Assembly (NCBI GenBank): GCA_964016885.1
Contig: CAXHJY010000370.1
Span: forward strand, 1 to 64,000
Direction of reading: 5' to 3'
DNA from: Eledone cirrhosa
Taxonomy: Eukaryota
DNA: 64,000 nt
In this document: positions 29,496 through 49,481 of the stretch, one piece after another
Layout of the letters: each line of letters begins with the position of its first letter
How positions within the stretch are numbered: the first letter of the stretch is position 1
Program-made: the position numbers and the translations under genes
The notes under the pieces: model-generated
The model's database searches: none
The model's input: only the letters and a program-made list of their open reading frames with translations
What the model was told of the DNA's origin: nothing

Positions 29496-29550
29496 GGCTG
29501 TAAGGTTGACCAGTGTATTCTACCTGTAACAGTTAAGAGGACACAGCAGT

Positions 29551-29593
<43 letters not shown>

Positions 29594-29596
29594 CTG

Positions 29597-29628
<32 letters not shown>

Positions 29629-29662
29629 CTGCACACACACACACATATATATATATATACTG

Positions 29663-29698
<36 letters not shown>

Positions 29699-29732
29699 CT
29701 GCACACACACACACATATATATATATATACTG

Positions 29733-29768
<36 letters not shown>

Positions 29769-29899
29769 CTGCACACACACACACATATATATATATATAT
29801 ACTGCACACACACACACATATATATATATATATACTGCACACACACACACATATATATATATATACTGCACACACACACACATATATATATATATACTG

Positions 29900-29937
<38 letters not shown>

Positions 29938-30035
29938 CTGCACACACACACACATATATATATATATACTGCACACACACACATATATATATACTGCACA
30001 CACACATACACACACACACACATATATATATACTG

Positions 30036-30069
<34 letters not shown>

Positions 30070-30197
30070 CTGCACACACACACACATATATATATATATA
30101 CTGCACACACACACACACACACACATATATACTGCACACACACATATATATATACAGCAGCAGCACACACACATATATATATAGAGAGAGAGAGCAG

Positions 30198-30247
<50 letters not shown>

Positions 30248-30436
30248 CAGCAGCACACACACACACACACACTCACATATACATATATATATAGCAGCAC
30301 ACACACACAGCAACACACACATACACATACATACATACCTACATAGATCTACTCATACATATATACACATACGTACGTTCGTAGATACATACACACATAC
30401 ATACATACACACATGCATACACACTCATACAATCGT

Positions 30437-30478
<42 letters not shown>

Positions 30479-30599
30479 ACACACACAAGTACTGTTGCTT
30501 ACAGAAGCTTAGACATATATAAACATATACGCACTTAGCACACACACATACTTACAAACATGTATGACAGCGCTCACAGCATACACATAAATCTACATG

Positions 30600-30930
30600 C
30601 GCACATACACACACATACACCGCACACTCATATATACATCTACTTGCACAGAGGCGCACACACACACACATACACCGCACTCTCATATATACATCTACTT
30701 GCACACACGCACACACACACACATACACCGCACTCTCATATATACATCTACTTGCACAGAGGCGCACACACACACATACACCGCACTCTCATATATACAT
30801 CTACTTGCACACACGCACACACACACACATACACCGCACTCTCATATATACATCTACTTGCACACACGCACACACACACACATACACCGCACTCTCATAT
30901 ATACATCTACTTGCACAGAGGCGCACACAC
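30600..30930. repeat. About 55-bp minisatellite
   Basis: acatacaccgcactctcatatatacatctacttgcaca.. x6. Confidence 0.9.
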
Positions 30931-32783
30931 ACACACACACACACAGACACATACATGTACTGAAAACTCCAGAGATACACATATATATAAGACTACGAAC
31001 GCATACACACGGTCAGATATACATACACACACACACACGGTGATATATGCTGTCAAACATACGCATACACACAAACAAAGACATACATACAAGATTGTTT
31101 ACACACACACAAACATACATTCGTACATATTAAACTTAGTTCTAGTAGTAGTAGTGGTGGTGGTGGTGGTAGTGGTGGTAGTAGTAGTTGTTGTAGTAAC
31201 GGTAGTAATAGTAGTAGTAGTAGTAATAGTTGTTGTAGTAGTAATAGTTGTTGTAATGGTAGTTGTAGAAGTAACGGTAGTAGTATTAGTAGTAGTAGTA
31301 GTTGTTGTAGTTGTAGTAGTAACGGTAGTAGTATTAGTTGATGTGGTAGTAGTAGTAGTTGTTGTTGTTAGTGTAGTAGTAGTAGTGGTAGTAGTAGTTG
31401 TTGTTAGTGTAGTAGTAGTAGTAGTGGTAGTAGTAGTTGTTGTTAGTGTAGTAGTAGTAGTGGTAGTAGTAGTTGTTGTTAGTGTAGTAGTGGTAGTGGT
31501 AGTTGTTGTTAGTGTAGTAGTAGTAGTAGTGGTAGTAGTAGTTGTTGTTAGTGTAGTAGTAGTAGTGGTAGTAGTAGTTGTTGTTAGTGTAGTAGTAGTT
31601 GTTGTTAGTGTAGTAGTAGTAGTAGTGGTAGTAGTAGTTGTTGTTGTTAGTGTAGTAGTAGTAGTAGTAGTGGTAGTAGTAGTAGTAGTTGTTAGTGTAG
31701 TAGTAGTAGAATGTATTGTTGCTATTAGTGCAATTGTAGTTTAGCCCCAGGTCATTGTTAATCCAGGCAGACATATGACCCAAGACATTCCAGATTACGA
31801 CCATCACCTTGTAATTGATGACGACCACTTTACAGAAGGCTGGAGGGTGATTTGACGACTATTTCTAGCTTATCGTGTGACCACGCTGGGTCTTCTTCGT
31901 AAGTGTGTCTTGTAATTGATGCTGGTGGTGGTGGAGATGGTGTTGGTGGTGCAGACGGTGTTGGTGGTGGAGATGGTGTTGGTGGTGGTGGTGGTACTGG
32001 AGACGGTGGTGTTGGTGGTGGTGGTGGTGTTAGTGACGATGGTGATAGCGGGGGTGTTATTGGTGGTGGTGGTGGTATTGGTAATGGTGGTGTCGCTGAT
32101 GGTGGTGGTGTTGGTATTGTTGATGGTGGTGATGGTATTGAACCCCAACACCACCACCACCACCACCACCACACCACCGCCACCACCACCACCACCACCA
32201 CACCACCACCACCACCACCACCACCACCACACCACCACCACACCACCACCACCACACCACCACCACACCACCACCACCACACCACCACCACACCACCACC
32301 ACCACCACCACCACACCACCACCACCACCACACCACCACCACCACCACCACCACACCACCACCACCACCACCACACCACCACCACCACACCACCACCACC
32401 ACCACCACACCACCACCACACCACCACCACACCACCACCACACCACCACCACCACCACACCACACCACCACCACCACCACCACCACCAACACTAGACTCC
32501 TCCAATCGTGGTTCGAACTTGAAAACCTTACCTCAAAACAAACACTCGGAATAAACAACGTAAATTGATGACCCCCCCCCCCATAAATTAAAACAACAAA
32601 AAAGTATGGAACAAAAAATAAATAAACGAAATTCCTTTTTCAAAATACTAAGTCTTCCTCCCCCCTCTGTGTGTGTGTGTGTATAGATATATGTGTGTGT
32701 GTGTATGTGTGTCTGTGTATAGATATATATATGTGTGTGTGTGTGTATGTATAAATATATATATGGATATATATATGTGTGTG

Positions 32784-32820
<37 letters not shown>

Positions 32821-32853
32821 ATGTATATATATGTGTGTGTGTGTATATATATA

Positions 32854-32904
<51 letters not shown>

Positions 32905-32967
32905 ATGTATATATATATGTGTGTGTATATATATATATATGTGTGTGTATATATATATATATATGTC

Positions 32968-33075
<108 letters not shown>

Positions 33076-33576
33076 ACGTGTGTATCCCTATCTAACCCAC
33101 ACGCACAGATACACACACACATATATCTATATATACATACACACACATATTTATATATATATATATAATATACACAGAGATGTATACATACACACGCATA
33201 TATATCTACACACACATACACACATATATACACACACATGTATGCATATATAGACATACACGCATATATATATGTACACACACACACAAATATATATATA
33301 CATACACACATATATATACACACCCACATATATATATATACACACACACACACTCATATATATATACACATACACACACATATTTACACTCACACATATA
33401 TACACGAATACACATACACACACACATATATACACACGCACACTTATATACATACACATATATATATACACACAACTATATAGACATACTCACATATATA
33501 TTTATATACACTCACATATACACACACACTCATATACACATCTATATATATATATGTGTACACACACACATCTACC

Positions 33577-33612
<36 letters not shown>

Positions 33613-33823
33613 TCCCTTCTTATCTTTCCTTCTTTCGTGCATTATCCCCCACCCCCACCCTTCCTTCCTATATCACTTCTTGTTGCTTCCGTGTTCATTT
33701 TAAAACTACTACTACTACTACTACTATTTCTACTACTACTTTTACTATTTCTACTACTACTTTTACTATTACTACTACTTTTACTATTACAACTACTACT
33801 TTTACTATTACAACTACTACTTT

Positions 33824-33873
<50 letters not shown>

Positions 33874-34672
33874 TTACTACTACTACTACTACAATTACAA
33901 CTGCTACTATTACTACTACTACTACCACCAACACCACCAACACTACTACTATTTCAAGCCAAAGAGATGAATCTATAAATGGTAAGATTTGTTCTACAAC
34001 ACCCCCCCGATCCTATATGAAAAGTAGTTTGACACGTAAGGTGCAGAGTTTGACAACATTGAAATAGGACCGTGGCACACCTAATATAAACGGCTCACAA
34101 TATGGGACAAATAATGTAGGACCCACTGACGAGAACTCAGAGACGAGAAAAACTCTTCAGTGTTCTACCACTATGTCAAACTAGATCTTAGTGAATCGCT
34201 CGAGATCATTGAAATACAAATTATATCTACACACCGAACGAACTCAATGCTCCGATTAAGGAAGCCACACATATACAAGAAAATAAACCTCACCTCAATA
34301 GTATATATGAATGGAATAACAATTCGACAAGTAAAAGGATTCATAAGAGTAAATTTAAAAGTGTGCACAAGCAAGCATAAACCAATCCTACATAGAATAC
34401 AGAAATAGAACAACCACTATCTACTGACAGATGGTACAAAAACAAATAGAGAAAACAAGTGCACGAAAACTTGGAGGAGAAGCAAAACATGAAGACATGC
34501 ACAGATACACTAAAAGACAGGTTAGAGTAAATAGAATGAGATCAGAACAAAGAGAAGACACAGAGGAGCAAGATTAGTCATTGAGAAGGTCACAGGATGT
34601 GTGACGAAAGCGTGTTGACAAATGACCATCGGTTGCCAAAACAACCGAGTAATGTATTAGTTAGCTAACTAA

Positions 34673-35035
34673 TAATTGTTACTACTTTTTGCACAAGGCC
34701 AGCAATTAAATCAGTGTATTACTGGTACTTTATTTTATCGACCTTGTAAGGATGAAAAGCAAAGTTAACCTCGGTAGGATTTGAAGTCAGAACGTAAAGG
34801 ACCATAACTCTATGCTGCAAAGCATAGTGTCTGACATTCTACCGACACTGCCAAATAATGATTTCTACTCTAGGTACAAGGCCGACAATTTGGGGGCAAG
34901 GGAAAGTCGATTAAATCGACATTAGTACATTACTGGTACTTTATTTTATCGACCTCGTAAGGATGAAAGGCAAAGTTAACCTTGCCGGGATTTGAACTCA
35001 GATCGTAAAGGGACGTAACTATGCTGGAAAGCATG
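34673..35035 (-). mobile_element. Two tandem SINE family A copies
   Basis: Consensus motifs twice. Confidence 0.8.
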
Positions 35036-35846
35036 TCCAAATAATAACACTGAAGTGGAACTCATGTGGTACGCATGCCTTTATTGGGAACATCACCTTC
35101 CACAGTATATAATTTTGATAAGTTTAAAAGGTTTCGGCCGGTATTGGCCCAGGCCATGTCTAACTTAATAACACGACATCTTTTTTTTTTAATACATTTA
35201 GCATCTAAATATTATATTCCTGCATCAGTAAATTTTGAACTACAAACTAGCTAAACATAAAACCTATAACCAGCTTATAAGAGTACCAAGAAATACGACA
35301 TGTAAAACCGTAGTTGAAATTGAATCTAGCTGTTGACTCCTACGAATAAGTCAAGTACAGTTCCCCCCCCCCCCCTCCCCCTCTCCTTCCAGACAAAAGG
35401 CGTGTTCTTACGTGCACTGTGTATAGCATGGGGCTTAATAAGAAACCCAATACGTAGCGACCTAGTGGTTAGGGTGTCGGACTCAACTATCACGACGTCG
35501 TGGCTTCGATTCCTGGAACGGGTTGCATGATATCGTTCAAGCTGTCCTGGTATACATGAACACAAACAGAGGTAGTTGCTAGAAATAGCAGACAAACCTC
35601 TATCAAGTCGTACTTCACTCTCTTAAAAATGAGTCATTATGTAGGTTATATATAATATATATATATGAAAATGTTCAGGATCCCGACGGCAGAGCTCAAG
35701 CCGTTTCGACGGCTTATATATATGTATATATATACATTTATTTATATATATATATATATATACACATACATATATATATATTTAGATATATATATATATA
35801 CACATACATATACATATATTTAGATATATATATATACACATACATA

Positions 35847-35890
<44 letters not shown>

Positions 35891-36082
35891 CATATATTTA
35901 TATATATATATATACACATACATATACATATATTTAGATATATATATATATACACATACATATATATATATACACATACATATATACATATATATATATA
36001 CACATACATATACATATACATATAGACACATACACATACATATATATATATATATATATGTTAATGCTTCTTGTATCTTTGC

Positions 36083-36128
36083 TTGCCCTGATGAGTCCTT
36101 ATTAATGGGACGAAACATTGTTGACCAA
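36083..36128 (+). ncRNA. Hammerhead ribozyme motif
   Basis: CTGATGA GTCC-TTATTAATG-GGAC GAAA CATTG TT; canonical core and stem II, stem I degenerate. Confidence 0.7.
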
Positions 36129-36442
36129 TAAAGACTTTTGATGTATTGAAACCCTCTTTGTTTATTTTTTATAATTTTTATAACATATATATATATATAC
36201 ATACATATACATACACATACATATACATATATATACACATACATATACATATATATACACACACACACACACATATATATACACACACACACATATACAT
36301 ATATATATACACACACACACACATATATATATACACACACACACACACATACACACACAATATATATATATATATATAACTATTTGAGTACCATGACTGA
36401 ATCTTAACCATCTACTAAGTCAGGGTATGTCATGCATAATCT

Positions 36443-36509
36443 TATTTTATCTGATGAGGACGTACTGTTGAAGATAGCTCAGTACCTCTGAAATATGTAT
36501 AATAAAATA
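36443..36509 (+). ncRNA. Minimal type I hammerhead ribozyme
   Basis: TATTTTAT CTGATGA .. GAAA TATGTA TA ATAAAATA. Confidence 0.75.
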
Positions 36510-37097
36510 TACTTGATCACACGAATGTCTAATTTTGTTAATATTTTGAATTAATATATATATATATATATTAGAAAGTGAGGATTTTTTACAAAATGAA
36601 AAATACCCGAGGTGTCCTACACGAGTGAAAGTATAAAGAAAAAGAGATGAAATCGAAAATGCAACTGGAGTCTTATTTTAAAAAAAAATATACATATATT
36701 TTTTAAAATAAGACTCCAGTTGCATTTTCGATTTCATCTTTTTTTCTTTATATATATATATATATACACACACATACATATATACATATATATAATATAT
36801 AGAAAAGGTAATACACGAGAGAGAGAGTGTGTGATTATCAATGTACAGGGGAAAATTACAGGGACCAACGCGAGTTTATGACTCCGTTAATTTATTTTAT
36901 ATACATGCATATTACATTCTGTTATATATTTCTCTCTCTCTCCTTTTCCCCCCCAATAACTTCCTATAGTTATTGACGCACTGGAACTAAACATATTGTC
37001 TTTAATGCATAGAAATCCAACAGACAACTGATGATGGGAAATATCCTCCGTTTGTGCTTATATATATATATATATATACGATATATATATTTATGTG

Positions 37098-37136
<39 letters not shown>

Positions 37137-37259
37137 GTTATATTTAATTTGTTGGGATTCCAACAAACTTAAAGGTTTATAACTTATATAGAGCACTCAA
37201 CAGTTTACTAGAGTAATCAATATATTAATAAATGGAAACTATATTTATAAAACCATAAT

Positions 37260-37324
37260 TATTTTATTATATATATTTCAAGGGCAACCAAGGCAGGCTT
37301 GGTTCGCTTTCATCAGATAAAATA
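37260..37324 (-). ncRNA. Minimal type I hammerhead ribozyme
   Basis: rc: TATTTTAT CTGATGA AAGCGAACCAAG-CCTGC-CTTGGTTGCCCTT GAAA TATATA TA ATAAAATA. Confidence 0.75.
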
Positions 37325-37388
37325 CAAAATTTGTTTTATAAATAGTCACATAGCCATGGAAAATAACCTTGACGGTTGAAAATTCGCT

Positions 37389-37494
<106 letters not shown>

Positions 37495-37674
37495 TTATAT
37501 ATATATATATATAAGCCATATGTATTCCTGGTCATACGAATGAAATATTTCTAGTGCTAAGAAGCAATTTCTATATTAAATTTCGTTGATCTAACTCTAC
37601 TAATGTATTGGGTATCTTATTTACAGTGGTAATCCTCGATTTCACTCGGGAACTACACACATATATATATATAA

Positions 37675-38142
37675 AGAGCCAGGACCCAGACGGCTGAGCT
37701 CCGGTCGTTTCGACAGCTAAATCCGAATTGCTGCGGGCAGACACGAGAGCCACGAATCGTTACGGACCCGGATCCAGCTATCTAACCAGCCGGAGCTCAG
37801 CCGTCGGGGTCTAACTATTTTCCTATTACCCACTCTACTACCCTAAGTATTGAGTACTCTGGTGCGTTATGGTCCATCTGGTTCCTTGTTTCTTACCTCA
37901 CTTTCTTTGTTATACACATATATATGTGTGTGTGTGTGTATATATATATATAACGAAGGAAGTGTGGTAAGGAACCAGGTGGACCATCACGCACCAGAGT
38001 ACTCGATACTTAGGCTAGTAGAGCGGGTAATAGGAAAAGGTTCAAGACCCCGACGGCAGAACTCGAGCCGTTTCGGCGGCTATTTCCAGAAATAGCCGAC
38101 GAAACGGCTTGAGCTCTGCCATTGGGGTCTTGAACATTTTCC

Positions 38143-38145
<3 letters not shown>
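37675..38145. repeat. Family P double palindrome
   Basis: Same arrangement as 1023-1440. Confidence 0.8.
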
Positions 38146-38180
<35 letters not shown>

Positions 38181-38215
38181 TATATATATACAGAGACACA
38201 TACATATATGTATAA

Positions 38216-38290
<75 letters not shown>

Positions 38291-38469
38291 TAGTAAACGG
38301 AATGACACGTGGATAACAGATCAGTGATAAATACGTATATGACTCTCAGATAGGAATTCTTTGAATTTCGAAGAAAGATTTCTTCGTAAACACTTAAACA
38401 CTTGCACGGAGAGACGAGGAGAGCCTCCTTATACGTACTATGTATTTATATTACTGTCACTGATATATG

Positions 38470-44075
<5,606 letters not shown>

Positions 44076-44696
44076 TGTTGAAATAAAGCGCAGAAAATAG
44101 AATATAATCCTAAAAAAAAAATGGGGCGTGGAGCTTTGACTCTGGGGGGCATTGGGTGTGTGCGGTGGTAGCTGGTGGCGGTGGGGGTGTATGTGTCAAT
44201 GGTGGTGGGGTGGGTAGGGGGTCTCTGTTGGAGGTAGGGTGGGGCTGGGGGTCGGCGATAGGGGTGGGGGTGTATGTGTCAATGGTGGTGGTGGCGTTAG
44301 TAGTACTAGTTGTAATAGTAGTTGTAGTAATAGTAATAGTGGTAATAGTAGTAGTCATAGTGGTAGTAGTAGTAGTAGTAGCTATAGTAGTAGTAGCAGT
44401 TGCTATAGTAGTAGTAGAAGTAGCTATAGTAGTAGTAGCTATAGTAGCTATAGTAGTAGTAGTAGCTATAGTAGTAGTAGTAGCTATAGTGGCTCTAGTA
44501 GTAGTAGTAGCTATAGTGGCTATAGTAGAAGTAGTAGTAGTAGTTGCTATAGTAGTAGTAGTAGTAGCTATAATAGCGATAGTAGCTATAGTAGTAGCTA
44601 TAGTAGTAGCTTTAGTAGTTATAGTAGTAGTAGTAGTAGTAGTGGTAGCTATAGTAGTAGTAGCAGTAGCAGGAGTAGCTATAGTAGTAGTAGCTA

Positions 44697-44735
<39 letters not shown>

Positions 44736-45221
44736 CTATAGTAGTAGTAGTAGCAGCAGCAGCAGTAGCTATAGTAGTAGTAGTAGTAGCTATAGTAGTA
44801 GTAACTATAGTAGCATTAGTAGTAGTAGTTGCTATAGTACTAGTAGCTATATTAACATTAGTAGTAGTAGTTGCTATACTAGTATTAGTAGCTATAGTAG
44901 TAGTAGTAGTAGAGTGCCATTTGATTTCGCCGATTGTGAGGGGGACGGCGGGTGACGATGCGAAAGCCCGCGGGAAATGGCGAATGGCGGCGCGCTTGTA
45001 TGTAATTGAGAAATAAATAGATGCTGGTGTACTGGTCTGTGTGTGTGTGTGGGTCTGTGTGTGTGTGTGTGTCAGTGGGTGTGTTTATGTCAGTTTTGGG
45101 GGCATGTATGTGAGTGTGAATGTGTGTGCACTTGTTGACTGACATACAAACATGCACACACGCATATATATATATATATATACATATGTGTGTCTGTGTG
45201 CGAATATATATATATATATAA

Positions 45222-45264
<43 letters not shown>

Positions 45265-45284
45265 TATATATATATATATATTTA

Positions 45285-45363
<79 letters not shown>

Positions 45364-45391
45364 TTATATATATATATATATATATATATAC

Positions 45392-45489
<98 letters not shown>

Positions 45490-45490
45490 T

Positions 45491-45522
<32 letters not shown>

Positions 45523-45559
45523 TATATACATTTATATATATATATATATATATATATAC

Positions 45560-45626
<67 letters not shown>

Positions 45627-45656
45627 TGTACATATATATATATATATATATATTTA

Positions 45657-45742
<86 letters not shown>

Positions 45743-45787
45743 TATATACATATATATATACATTTATATATATACATATATATATAT

Positions 45788-46137
45788 ATGTCGTCGGCAA
45801 ATTCAGCATCCGATACCCTTTTCGCCCCAACTCTCCTGCTCTGAGCCGGTGCTACAGTAAAGCCAGTGTCCTGGTGTTTCTCCAGTGCAAGGCGCATACA
45901 ATAGTCCACTACGATGATAGAAAGGTAGGGAGCCAATGTATCTCCCTGGAGCACTCCAGCCAGTATCTCAAAGAGCTCCGTCATCCCGTCAGGTGTAATG
46001 ACTTGGGCTTTGGTGTTGGTGTAGAGCAGTGATATCAGGTCCACTATCTTCTTGGGGATTCCATAAGCCTGTAAGATCTTCATCAGGCAGTGACGGTCCA
46101 CAGAATCAAAGGCCTTCCTAAAGTCAATGAAAACCAT
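45788..46137 (-). mobile_element. RTE-clade LINE reverse transcriptase fragment
   Basis: [37 protein letters not shown] are non-LTR RT motifs; truncated into (TA)n right after FADD. Confidence 0.92.
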
Positions 46138-46402
46138 GACCCAAAAGTCAGCTCAAAAGTGACACAGAGGAGACTGAGGTTGGCTGGACATGCTCACCGA
46201 CATCCAGAGTTGACATTGCACCCAGTGCTCCTTTTGGGAGCCCCTACATGGACACACTAGAAGAGGAAGACCAAGGTTAACATATGTTGATGCCCTAAGG
46301 ACAGACACTGGTCTGTTGGAGATGCAGGACATGGCAGCGATAATGAGGGACAGAGACCGCTGGAGAGAACTCGTCCATGGATCTCGGGAATTTTACCCGC
46401 CT
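46138..46402 (+). mobile_element. RTE-clade LINE C-terminus/3' end, inverted relative to the adjacent RT fragment
   Basis: Plus frame [23 protein letters not shown]..(frameshift)[26 protein letters not shown] is a typical RTE ORF C-terminus. Confidence 0.85.
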
Positions 46403-46476
46403 TAGATAGATATATATATATATATATATACATATATACATATATATATACATTTATATATATATATATATACATT

Positions 46477-46512
<36 letters not shown>

Positions 46513-46589
46513 CATATATATATACATATATATATATACATATATATATACATATATATATACATATATATATATACATATATATATAC

Positions 46590-46634
<45 letters not shown>

Positions 46635-46713
46635 TATATACATATATATACATATATATATACATATATATATACATATATATATACATATATATATACA
46701 TATATATATATAC

Positions 46714-46758
<45 letters not shown>

Positions 46759-46789
46759 TATATACATATATATATACATATATATATAC

Positions 46790-46868
<79 letters not shown>

Positions 46869-46869
46869 C

Positions 46870-46972
<103 letters not shown>

Positions 46973-47074
46973 CATATATATATACATATATATATATATA
47001 CATATATATATACATATATATATATATACATATATATATATACATTTATATATATATATATATATATATACATT

Positions 47075-47108
<34 letters not shown>

Positions 47109-47218
47109 CATTTATATATATATATATATACATTTATATATATATATATATATACATTTATATATATATATACATTTATATATATATATATATACATTTA
47201 TATATACATTTATATATA

Positions 47219-47420
47219 GGAACCAGTAAGACCCCGACAGCTGAGCTCAAGCCGTTTCGACGGCTAATTCTGGACTAAATAGTCCAGAATTAGCCGTCGA
47301 AACGGCTTGAGCTCAGCTGTCGGGGTCTTACTGGTTCCTATTACCCACTCTACTACCTCAAGTATTGAGTACTTTGGTGCGTTATGGTCCACCTGGTTCC
47401 TTACCACATTTCCTTCGTTA
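47219..47420. repeat. Family P fold-back repeat
   Basis: Palindrome centred on ctggactaaatagtccag with a longer right arm ending ttcgtta. Confidence 0.85.
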
Positions 47421-47421
47421 C

Positions 47422-47479
<58 letters not shown>

Positions 47480-47511
47480 TTATATATATATACATTTATA
47501 TATATATATAC

Positions 47512-47552
<41 letters not shown>

Positions 47553-47559
47553 ATACATT

Positions 47560-48470
47560 TATATATTGTTATACTTGGGGAGGGTCATATTTGTGTAATA
47601 TTGTCAGAATTAATAACAGAACACACTGTTTGGTTGGTTTTCGCTTTTCGCTTCTGTGTCTTTTATATGGGTAATTTATTCGGTCCTCAATGTTGCCATT
47701 GACTGACCAACGGTCAAAAATACAGATGGAATATAGACACAAACACATATATATAGTTTATCAAAGTTCTTTCGTTGCACATCTGCAACATCGTCAGTGG
47801 TGCTATTGTTTCCTCCCGTTGCATTGCATTTTCTACGCCATCTTTATTTAGTCTGTTTATATATTTATTTATTTGTTTATTTTATTTTGTCTTCTTTGCG
47901 CATGCGTTTGCGTGTGTGTATAGTGTTTTGTTTGATGTGTGTTCGTGATTGGGTGACTGTGTATTGGTTAATGTATTCTATCTTTACTAGTGTGTGTTTA
48001 TATGTGTTTGTTGTTATTGTGCTTGTGTATGTATTTATTTATTTACTTATCTATTTATTTATTTATACTTCTCTTAGGTCAGTGTTGTTTGTTTGGGTGT
48101 TGTTGTTATTCCATTCATTTTTTCTGTTTAACCTTGGCCTTCTAAGTTCTATTTCACTGGCCTCTCTGATTTGCCTATCTGCTGGGTCATTTCTATGTTT
48201 AGATATTATTCTAATTTCTATGTTGTCATGTTGTTGTCTAGCATGTTCGTATAGTACTGAACCGTTTTTTCGTCCTTTTAGTTCCCCCCAGTGTTGGTCT
48301 ATCCTTTCACCTATGCTACGAGCTGTCTCACCTATGTATGTTGTTGTCATGTTTCTGCAAGTACCCTTTGTACATCTTATGCTATAGACTACGTTTCTAG
48401 TTTTACAGTTTATCCGGGGGTTTACTTTACATATGATACATTTCCTATTAGTACAGTAGGTTTTCTTAAA
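47560..48470 (-). mobile_element. Penelope-like retroelement 3' fragment: GIY-YIG endonuclease (48063-48470) plus 3' region with hammerhead
   Basis: ORF CTNRKCIIC..NCKTRNVVYSIRC..C..YIGETARSIGERIDQH..LYEH..RQIREASEI..PRLN matches PLE GIY-YIG with CCHH and a Cys-rich linker (Neptune/Nematis-like). HHR 265 nt downstream on the same strand; (TA)n on both sides. Confidence 0.85.
47760..47801 (-). ncRNA. Hammerhead ribozyme in the PLE 3' region
   Basis: rc: CA CTGACGA T GTTGCA-GATG-TGCAAC GAAA GAAC TT TG; stem I short or degenerate. Confidence 0.7.
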
Positions 48471-48529
48471 AGGGTAGAGCATCAACATATGTCAACCTCG
48501 GTCTCCATATATATATACCCACACACACA

Positions 48530-48595
<66 letters not shown>

Positions 48596-48634
48596 TTTAT
48601 ATATATATATATATATATATACACGCACACACAC

Positions 48635-48669
<35 letters not shown>

Positions 48670-49196
48670 AAAATAGAACGGGAACAAAACAGAGGCAGTA
48701 CGAACAAAGGTTTATTAGTTTCACGCTCTTGAGAGTGTGTGTGTGTGGTGGTGGTGGTGGTGGTGGTGGGGGGGGGGTATATATATATATATATACACAC
48801 ACACGCACACATATTTATATATATATATATATACGCACATTATATATATGTACACATACATACACACACACACACATATATATATATGTATATATATATA
48901 TAATAATTGGTGTTGGATGCTTAAAGCGGCCGTATGCGGTAGGCCGTATGAGCACTCGATGCTCTCATAGAGCAGAGTATGATATCACAGAAAAAAGAGA
49001 ATCAGTGTTGCGGCGAATGGAATTTATTGGACATATTTCAATCGTTTCTCGGGCGATCAGTTCGAGGCACGAACCTGACTTTATTGGACATATTTCAATC
49101 GTTTCTCGGGCGATCAGTTCGAGGCACGAACCTGACTCCGAAAATCGCAAGGTCCTCAGATACGTCTTGATAGGAAAATCTGCTTCGTAGAATCAA

Positions 49197-49292
49197 GGCG
49201 TATCTGAGGACCTTGCGATTTTCAGAGTCAGGCTCGATCATCACATCGATCGTGCCTCGAGCTGGTCGCCAGAGAAACGATTGTAATATGCC
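49197..49292 (+). ncRNA. Hammerhead ribozyme with extended (63-nt) stem II
   Basis: GGCGTAT CTGAGGA [63 nt] GAAA CGATTG TA ATATGCC. Confidence 0.7.
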
Positions 49293-49437
49293 CAAAAATT
49301 CCATTCGTCGCAACACTGATTCTCTTTTTTTCTGTGATATATATAGTCAGTCGATCGACTTTCGTCAAATCGGACCGAGGAGACAATGTTTCCATGGGCC
49401 TTTCCAATTGCTGTTACTCTGTATCGGTCGCAACTCC

Positions 49438-49481
<44 letters not shown>

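Noticed and set aside
28000-32568. Thr/Val/Ser-Gly/His-rich ORFs suggesting mucin or structural proteins
   Set aside because: Trinucleotide repeats open in several frames and strands, with no domain or convincing splice context.
34125-34160. CTGACGA..GAAA
   Set aside because: Stems I and II do not form.
34160-34570. Possible very old LINE RT C-terminal remnant
   Set aside because: Only faint motif similarity; cannot be supported without a search.
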